A stretch of DNA of 64,000 bases, taken from NCBI GenBank assembly GCA_022826725.1, contig JAJDUF010000021.1, positions 41,853-105,852 of the forward strand, written 5' to 3'. Below, piece after piece: positions 57,932 through 64,000 of this stretch. The translations under genes were made by a program, and so were the position numbers. Position 1 is the stretch's first letter; each line of letters opens with the position of its first letter. The notes beneath the pieces are model-generated. The model had not been told where the DNA came from. It saw only the letters and a program-made list of their open reading frames with translations, and made no database searches. Source of the DNA: Chloroflexota bacterium. GTDB taxonomy: Bacteria; Chloroflexota; UBA11872; UBA12225; JAJDUF01.

Positions 57932-59220
57932 ACGGTTCCAAGGAGGCAAAGTACGTGGCAGCCCTAGCCATCAACGGCGGAAATCCTATCCGGACGGCGC
58001 CCTGGATACGCTGGCCGCAAGCCGACGAGCGTGCCTTGGAGCTGGTCACGGAGGTGCTACGCAGCGGCTACTTGAGCGACGACGGGCCGATGGAGCGGCA
58101 GTTCGCAGCCGATTTCGCGTCCTTCTGCACGGCGGCGCACGGAGTCTGCGTGATGAACGGCACCGTCTCGCTGCGCGTGGCGCTCGAAGCCGCGGGTGTG
58201 CAGGCGGGCGACGAAGTGATCGTGCCCGGTCTCACCTGGGTTGCCACCGCCAGCGCGGTCGTGGACATCAACGCCGTCCCGATCTTCGTTGACGTTGACC
58301 CGGAGAGCCTATGCATGGACCCCGCGGCGGCGGCGGCAGCGATTACAGACCGCACGCGGGCGATCATCCCCGTTCATCTCTCCTGCGCCGTCACTGATAT
58401 GGGCGCTGTGTTGGAGGTGTGTCGCCGGCACAACACGCCACGCCCCGACGATGAGCGGATTTGGGTCATCGAGGACTGCGCCCACAGCCACGGTGCGCAG
58501 TGGCGCTTGCCCGATGGCAGCGTGCGGGGCACCGGTTCGATGGGGGATTTCGGCTCATACAGCTTCCAGTCCAGTAAGTCCCTTTCAAGCGGTGACGGGG
58601 GCATTATCGTGACCTCGGACGAGGAGTTGGCCGACCGCTGCTGGTCGCTACGCAACGTCGGCCGGGCGCGCTATCCCGGCCAGACACCGGGCTACGGGAA
58701 CAACTATCGGCTGACCGAGCTACAGGCGGCGGTGATGCGAGCCGGCCTCGAACGGTTGCCGGCGGAGATGGCGCACCGCCAGCGGAACGCCGACTATCTC
58801 ACGCGCGGCATTGCCGACCTACCGGGCCTGCGGCCCCTCGCCCGCGACCCGCGGCTGGTGCGCCAAGCGTTCTACGGCTACATCATTCGCTACGACGCCG
58901 CGGCGTTCGACGGCGTGCCCAAGGCGACGTTCCTGAGCGCGCTCAAGGCCGAGGGCATCTTCTGTGCCCCCGGCTACCTGCCGGTCTACGAGCAGGAGCT
59001 GTGGCACATTGATCGCCGCCGCTTCCCCTTCGCCAGTCGGTACGATCCGGCGGCGGCCGACTACGACCCGCCGCACTGCCCGGTGGCGGAGCAGGCGTCG
59101 CACAACGAGGTGATTGCGCTCCCGCAGCCGTTGCTGCTCGGCTCGCAGTCCGATATGGATGATGTACTCGCGGCCCTGACCAAGCTGGTCGAGCACCGCG
59201 CGGAGCTGGCCCAGGGGTGA
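57928..59220 (+). CDS. DegT/DnrJ/EryC1/StrS family PLP-dependent sugar aminotransferase
   Basis: VIVPGLTWVATASAV, EDCAHSHGA and SFQSSKSLSSGDGG (PLP-binding Lys) are present. The GTG start overlaps the gmk stop. Confidence 0.9.
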   Translation: MNGSKEAKYVAALAINGGNPIRTAPWIRWPQADERALELVTEVLRSGYLSDDGPMERQFAADFASFCTAAHGVCVMNGTVSLRVALEAAGVQAGDEVIVPGLTWVATASAVVDINAVPIFVDVDPESLCMDPAAAAAAITDRTRAIIPVHLSCAVTDMGAVLEVCRRHNTPRPDDERIWVIEDCAHSHGAQWRLPDGSVRGTGSMGDFGSYSFQSSKSLSSGDGGIIVTSDEELADRCWSLRNVGRARYPGQTPGYGNNYRLTELQAAVMRAGLERLPAEMAHRQRNADYLTRGIADLPGLRPLARDPRLVRQAFYGYIIRYDAAAFDGVPKATFLSALKAEGIFCAPGYLPVYEQELWHIDRRRFPFASRYDPAAADYDPPHCPVAEQASHNEVIALPQPLLLGSQSDMDDVLAALTKLVEHRAELAQG

Positions 59221-59250
59221 GACGCAACGCCCCTCTACGGCACGACGCCG

Positions 59251-61644
59251 ATGACAGCCACGAACGACCAGGAGATGCCGCCGGGTGCCGTGTCCGAATT
59301 CGAGGCGGTCGCGGTGGCCGTGGCCGCTTATGGGACGCACGACCCGCGGCGCTTCACCTACACGGTGCCGGACCACCTGCACGGGCGCCTCCGGCCGGGG
59401 CAACTCGTGGCGGTGCCGTTCGGGGAGCGGACCACCTACGGCCTCGTCACCGCGCCCGTGACGGAGCGGCCCGACTTCGAGCTGCGCGCCGTCGAGCGCC
59501 TACTACACCCGGCGCCGCTCGTCTCCCCTACCCACCTGGCATTGGCCCTATGGTTGGCGGATACCTACGTCACGTCGGCGTTCAGCGCCGTCCGCCTCGT
59601 GCTGCCGCCCGACCTGGAAACGTGGCTGCGGAGGATGCTCGATCCCAAGCCTGGCGCGTCCGAGCAGCGGCGGATTCTCGCGCTCGCGTCAGCACTGCCA
59701 AGGCTCCGACTTACACCAATCGCTGACATCCCGACAAAGCCGAATAGCCGTTGGAGCGAGGCGTATCGCCGCTGGTATGAGCTTTTGAGCAGTGTAAGTG
59801 GCGCCGTCCGATGGCCACACATCTGCGAGGCGGTCGGAGAGACGGAAGCGCGCCTTTTTCTGCGCCGCTGGCTTGATCGCGGCTGGATTACGCTCACGTT
59901 CGAGGAACTCCACACGATGGCCTCCCCCTCTCCACTCGTGGAGAGGGGGCCGGGGGGTGAGGAGAGTCCTCCTTGCCCCCCGGCAACGCAAGACGACGGC
60001 CACGCGGTCAGCGTGCTCCACGCCACGCTACCGCAGACTCGGTTCGACCACTACCGGACGCTGATTCGCAACTGTGTCGAGGCCGGGCGGCAGGCGCTCC
60101 TGCTCGTTCCGGACCGCCAGCAGATCACCCCAGCGCCCGACCGCCTTCAGCTCGATGATCTCCGGGTAGCAACCTGGTACGCGCAGCAAGTGCAGACGGA
60201 GCGTTTGGAGCACTGGGCGCGTGCCCAGGCGGGGGCTCTCGACCTCGTTGTCGGTGTACGGTCGGCACTCTTCGCGCCGCTGTCGCGGCTCGGCCTCATC
60301 ATCGTCGAGCAGGAGCACGACGACGCCTACAAGAACGACGCGACGCCACGGTACCGCGCTGCGACGGTGGCCGTCGAGCTAGGCCGGCTGACCGGCGCCC
60401 GCGTCGTCCTCGGCAGCGCCACGCCGGATGCTGCCACCTACTTGCAGGGGCGCCGGGGCGCGTGGACGCTCAGCCAGCCGCCGGAAAGTGAACCGCCGCG
60501 GTCCGTCGAGGTCGTTGATCTGCGCCGCGAGCGCACGGTGGGCCGGCAGGAGCTAGTCAGCCGCCCCCTGCACCGGGCGCTCGGCGCAACGCTATCGTCC
60601 GGCGAGCGCGCCATTCTCCTGCTGACACGCCGCGGCGCTGCCCATTCGCTGCGCTGCCGCGACTGCGCCTACGTCCTGCGCTGCCCGCGCTGCGCGACGC
60701 CGGTGGCGGTCCACGGGCAAGGGGACGGCGCCGGACGCGGATCACACCTGGCACCATCGTCTGCATCCGGCGGGTCACCGGCGGGTCTGCTGTGCCACTA
60801 TTGCGGCTCGGCGCTGCACATCCCGGCGCTTTGTCCCCAATGCGGCGGGACGCGGCTACGGGCGCAGGGGCCGGGCACCCAAGGACTGGAGACCGAGCTA
60901 CGGACGCTGTTTCCGCGCACGACGGTCTTTCGCTGGGATGCCGACACGGTTTGGCCGCCGGGCGGGCCGGCCCAGGTGTTGGCGGCCTTTGCTCGCGGGG
61001 ACATTGCCGTATTGGTCGGTACCCAGCGGCTGCTACGGATGCCGAGCCGCGTCGCCGCGCCGCTGGTCGGGGTCGTTGACGCGGATACCGGGCTACACCT
61101 GCCCGATTTTCGCGCCGCCGAGCAGGTCTTCCGCAGCCTGCTCGGCACTGCCGCCCTCGCAGCAGGCACAAGCACCCGGCCGGCTCGCGTGCTTATTCAG
61201 ACGCGTGAGCCGCAGCACTACTGCTTTCGCGCCTTCCTGCTCCCGCGACGCGCACCGTCCGGCCCCGGCGCCGCCCTGGACCCCGCCGACCTCCGCGCCG
61301 CCTACGCCCGCTTCATGGCCGCCGACGGCGTTGATCGGCGGGAGCTGGATTATCCGCCGTATGGCACCTTGTGGCGACTGCTGTTCCTGCATCGGCTGGA
61401 TAGTACGGCCGAGCGGGAGGCGTCACGCTGCGCGATCACCCTGCGAAACGCCGTCGCGGCGCAATCCGCTCCCGCCGACGCCGAGGTGGAGGTCATCGGC
61501 CCGGCGCCGGCCTACGTTCGCCGGCTACGTGACCGCGCACGCTGGCACGTGCTATTGCGCGGCCCACCTCACCGACTGGCCACGCTGGTGTCCCACGTTC
61601 CGCGCGGGTGGACCATAGACACCGATCCGACCACCCTGCTATGA
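59251..61644 (+). CDS. priA: primosomal protein N-prime (PriA) homolog with degenerate ATPase motifs
   Basis: PriA-specific features are present: VAVPFGER, GVRSALFAPLSRLGLIIVEQEHDDAYK, LGSATP, and the Cys-rich Zn region CRDCAYVLRCPRC...CHYCGS...CPQCGG. The Walker A position reads ATLPQTRF rather than GxGKT, and DEEH reads EQEH. Confidence 0.8.
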   Translation: MTATNDQEMPPGAVSEFEAVAVAVAAYGTHDPRRFTYTVPDHLHGRLRPGQLVAVPFGERTTYGLVTAPVTERPDFELRAVERLLHPAPLVSPTHLALALWLADTYVTSAFSAVRLVLPPDLETWLRRMLDPKPGASEQRRILALASALPRLRLTPIADIPTKPNSRWSEAYRRWYELLSSVSGAVRWPHICEAVGETEARLFLRRWLDRGWITLTFEELHTMASPSPLVERGPGGEESPPCPPATQDDGHAVSVLHATLPQTRFDHYRTLIRNCVEAGRQALLLVPDRQQITPAPDRLQLDDLRVATWYAQQVQTERLEHWARAQAGALDLVVGVRSALFAPLSRLGLIIVEQEHDDAYKNDATPRYRAATVAVELGRLTGARVVLGSATPDAATYLQGRRGAWTLSQPPESEPPRSVEVVDLRRERTVGRQELVSRPLHRALGATLSSGERAILLLTRRGAAHSLRCRDCAYVLRCPRCATPVAVHGQGDGAGRGSHLAPSSASGGSPAGLLCHYCGSALHIPALCPQCGGTRLRAQGPGTQGLETELRTLFPRTTVFRWDADTVWPPGGPAQVLAAFARGDIAVLVGTQRLLRMPSRVAAPLVGVVDADTGLHLPDFRAAEQVFRSLLGTAALAAGTSTRPARVLIQTREPQHYCFRAFLLPRRAPSGPGAALDPADLRAAYARFMAADGVDRRELDYPPYGTLWRLLFLHRLDSTAEREASRCAITLRNAVAAQSAPADAEVEVIGPAPAYVRRLRDRARWHVLLRGPPHRLATLVSHVPRGWTIDTDPTTLL
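59921..59964. repeat. dispersed hairpin repeat copy inserted in frame inside priA
   Basis: cctccccctctccactcgtggagagggggccggggggtgaggag is nearly identical to the intergenic copy at 29754-29795. It is translated as SPSPLVERGPGGEE. Confidence 0.85.
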
Positions 61645-61725
61645 TCTTCCGCATTGTCCGGACGGCCGGGCAATGTCCAGGATTCTCGTACCCGATCTTC
61701 AAGTGGCGAATCTAGGGCGAACGCT

Positions 61726-62283
61726 ATGGCAATCCGACCGATCCTGACCGAAGGCCACCCCATGCTGCGCCAGCAGGCGAAAAAAGTGCGCCGCCTTGAC
61801 GCCTCGCTGCGGCGCCTGGTTGACGATATGTTCGACACGATGCACGACGCCGACGGTCTCGGTCTGGCCGCGCCGCAGGTCGGCGTGCCGCTGCGGCTCA
61901 TCGTGATCGAGCACGAAGACGAGCGTTACGTCCTGTTCAACCCGGAGATTACCCGGCAGCGGGGCACGGTCACTGATGATGAAGGCTGCCTGAGTCTACC
62001 GCAGTGGTTCGGTCCGGTCGCCCGCAGCGAGCAGGTGACCGTCAAGGGGCGTGACCGCGCGGGCAAAGCAGTCCGTCTCAAGCTGGAGGGCCTCTTGGCA
62101 CGCGCCATCCAGCACGAAGTGGACCACCTCGATGGCACGCTGTTCACGGATCGGGTCGAAGACCGTGCCCAGCTCCGCTACGTAGACCCGGCGCAGGACA
62201 CCGGCCCGCAGCCGCCAGCTTCCGACGACCCGGACGGTACAGCGCCCGCGGACGAGCCGGATCAGCAAGCGGCCGCGTCGTAG
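61726..62283 (+). CDS. def: peptide deformylase
   Basis: GLGLAAPQVG, EGCLSLP and QHEVDHLDG are present. The start is the ATG at 61726. Confidence 0.93.
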   Translation: MAIRPILTEGHPMLRQQAKKVRRLDASLRRLVDDMFDTMHDADGLGLAAPQVGVPLRLIVIEHEDERYVLFNPEITRQRGTVTDDEGCLSLPQWFGPVARSEQVTVKGRDRAGKAVRLKLEGLLARAIQHEVDHLDGTLFTDRVEDRAQLRYVDPAQDTGPQPPASDDPDGTAPADEPDQQAAAS

Positions 62284-62342
62284 GCCCCACCCTCGCCGTC
62301 CCCCTGCGGTGCGGCCGGGCCGTCTCCGGAGACGAGAGGACC

Positions 62343-63320
62343 GTGTTGACTACGGAACCACCCAAGAGCAGTCCGGCACGGGCCGTCTTCATGGGCACGC
62401 CCGACTTCGCCGCCGTCATCTTGCAGCGCCTCCTGCAACGCCCGGACCTCGTGACGGTGGCAGCGGTGGTCACGCAGCCAGACCGGCCGGCCGGAAGGGG
62501 CCGCCGGCTAGAGCAGCCGCCGGTGAAGATGGTGGCGGCGCGTGCCGGCGTCGAGGTGGTCCCGCCGGTAAGCGTCCGCCGCCCGCGGTTTGCAGCGTGG
62601 CTCCGGCGCGTGGCACCGGACCTGCTACTGGTGGCGGCGTATGGCAAGATTCTGCCGCCGGCAGTCCTCGCCATCCCGCCCCGCGGCGCGCTCAACATCC
62701 ATGCGTCGCTCTTGCCCCGGCACCGCGGTGCCTCGCCGGTGAGCGCTGCGCTGCTCGCCGGCGACACGGTAACCGGTGTCTCGCTCATGCTGATGAACGA
62801 GGCGATGGATGCCGGCGCGGTGCTGGCAACGGCCACAGAGCCGATTGCGCCCGACGATACCACCGAGACGCTGACGGAACGGCTGTCCGCGTTGGGCGCC
62901 ACGCTACTCATTGAGACCCTCCCGCAGTGGCTCGCCGGCGCCGTGACGGCACAGCCGCAGGACGATAGCCGCGCGACCTACTGCCGTCCCCTGCGGCGCG
63001 ACGATGGCCGGTTGGAATGGGACGCGCCGGCCGCGTACCTGGCCCGCCAGGTGCGGGCCATGATCCCCTGGCCCGGCACCTACACCAATTGGGCGGGGCA
63101 GCAGCTCAAGGTGTGGGCGGCCACGGTGCTCCCTGCGGATGACGGTAGCGCCACGCCGCCGGTACCCGGCACGGTCGTCGAGCAGGACCGCCAACCGGCG
63201 GTCGTCTGTGGCGAGGGCCTCCTCGCCCTGGACCAGGTGCAGCTCGCCGGCCGGCGCCGCATGGCCGCCGCCGACTTCCTCCGTGGCCAGCGCGCCTTTG
63301 TCGGCACACGGCTCGGCTAG
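62343..63320 (+). CDS. fmt: methionyl-tRNA formyltransferase
   Basis: AVFMGTPDFA, TQPDRPAGRG and NIHASLLPRHRGASP are present. The start is the GTG at 62343. Confidence 0.93.
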   Translation: MLTTEPPKSSPARAVFMGTPDFAAVILQRLLQRPDLVTVAAVVTQPDRPAGRGRRLEQPPVKMVAARAGVEVVPPVSVRRPRFAAWLRRVAPDLLLVAAYGKILPPAVLAIPPRGALNIHASLLPRHRGASPVSAALLAGDTVTGVSLMLMNEAMDAGAVLATATEPIAPDDTTETLTERLSALGATLLIETLPQWLAGAVTAQPQDDSRATYCRPLRRDDGRLEWDAPAAYLARQVRAMIPWPGTYTNWAGQQLKVWAATVLPADDGSATPPVPGTVVEQDRQPAVVCGEGLLALDQVQLAGRRRMAAADFLRGQRAFVGTRLG

Positions 63321-63413
63321 TGGTCAGTGGTGGGTGAGGCGAGTTGTACCTAACCCCTGACCGGCCAAAGCCGCACGGATAGCGCCAGGTATGGTGCCTT
63401 ACTCGCCCGGCCC
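63318..63413. repeat. dispersed repeat copy (TAGTGGTCAG module, GGGTGAGG, partial GGCCAAAGCCGCACGGATAG hairpin arm)
   Basis: tagtggtcagtggtgggtgagg begins with the fmt stop codon. ccggccaaagccgcacggatagcgccaggtatggtgcc matches 5138-5172. Confidence 0.7.
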
Positions 63414-63494
63414 CAGCCAATGAGTCCGAGGTGTCCTCCCCTGCTACACTGAAGCGGGACTGCGCGACCGGGGCGCCGATGCAGGAGAGCCACC

Positions 63495-64000
63495 ATGGTG
63501 ACGACGACGCCGACACTGCCGCCCGCGCCCGCCGCGGCGGATGTCTGCTATCCCGAATCGGATGGCCAACCCGTGGCTGAAACCGATGTCCACCGCACCT
63601 TGATGTTCGAGCTGATCGGGATGCTCCAGACCTTCTTCCGCGCCGATCCGCACGTCTATATCAGTGGCAATCTGTTCGTGTACTACCAGGAAGGTGATCC
63701 GCGGCAGGTGGTGGCGCCGGACGTGTTTGTGGTTCAGGGCGTTCGCAACCGCCAACGACGCATCTACAAGCTGTGGGAGGAAGGTGTGGTCCCGGCGGTG
63801 GTCTTCGAGCTGACCTCACGCAGCACGCGGCGGGAGGACCTCCACAGCAAGTATGACCTCTACGAGCGGCTGGGGGTGCGAGAGTATTTCCTCTTCGACC
63901 CGCTCGGCGAATACTTGCGGCCGCCATTGCAGGGTTACCGCTTGCACCAAGGCCGGTACCGGCCGCTGGCGGTAGATGCGGATGGGTCGTTGTGGAGTGC
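63495..64000 (+). CDS. Uma2 (DUF820) family PD-(D/E)xK endonuclease, C-terminus beyond the window end
   Basis: This is my own translation; the ORF has no stop in the window. Sequence: MVTTTPTLPPAPAAADVCYPESDGQPVAETDVHRTLMFELIGMLQTFFRADPHVYISGNLFVYYQEGDPRQVVAPDVFVVQGV...PAVVFELTSRST...KYDLYERLGVREYFLFDP. It shows the characteristic YPESDG, PD-V-V and E-x-S/K, and EY-x-DP segments. The ATG follows AGGAG. Confidence 0.8.
   Translation, partial: MVTTTPTLPPAPAAADVCYPESDGQPVAETDVHRTLMFELIGMLQTFFRADPHVYISGNLFVYYQEGDPRQVVAPDVFVVQGVRNRQRRIYKLWEEGVVPAVVFELTSRSTRREDLHSKYDLYERLGVREYFLFDPLGEYLRPPLQGYRLHQGRYRPLAVDADGSLWS

Overview
The window is a high-GC bacterial chromosomal segment: sampled 60-nt lines are about 65 % GC, against about 40-45 % in two short islets. 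The gene content and the many GGGGTGAGG-type hairpin repeats suggest a Chloroflexota/Thermomicrobia-like organism, but this is a low-confidence guess. No database search, HMM or folding program was run. Every family call rests on motifs I recognised in the supplied translations or in my own translations of the sequence.

I can support about 55 protein genes, one tRNA-Phe(GAA), two hairpin terminators, one in-gene 21-bp tandem repeat and a modular family of dispersed intergenic hairpin repeats. I found no rRNA, CRISPR array, integrase or transposase.

- **Housekeeping genes:** gyrA, lon, ilvD, prfA, rpmE, moaC, gmk, priA-def-fmt, ggt and a MutY-like glycosylase.
- **Metabolic and envelope blocks:** a sugar-acid catabolism cluster (amidohydrolase, enolase-superfamily dehydratase, Gfo/Idh/MocA). 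A cell-envelope glycan cluster (GT4, flippase-like protein, two Wzy/O-antigen-ligase-like proteins, UDP-xylose synthase, two clan GH-A glycosidase paralogs). An ECF sigma / anti-sigma / ABC-2 transporter operon. A heterodimeric ABC exporter pair.

The most interesting loci are these:
1. **Islet at 1-1620.** An AT-rich islet at the window start carries a three-gene operon chained by ATGA overlaps: an HNH effector with an extra C-terminal domain, a 76-aa protein, and an ABC-type ATPase cut by the window edge. This matches the computationally defined but experimentally unexplored ABC-three-component (ABC-3C) conflict systems.
2. **Islet at about 6990-8290.** A second AT-rich islet holds a 290-aa AbiJ-sized protein with a C-terminal Rx4H (HEPN-like) motif, translationally coupled to a downstream Phd/YefM-like antitoxin in reversed, non-canonical order.
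3. **priA.** The ATPase motifs look degenerate (a candidate pseudohelicase), and the gene also contains an in-frame copy of the dispersed repeat.
4. **Other loci.** An orphan HerA-type ATPase without NurA, a glycosidase-Wzy fusion protein, and a heptad tandem-repeat coiled-coil protein.

Many long ORFs in the supplied track are GC-rich antisense or out-of-frame artefacts and were not called.
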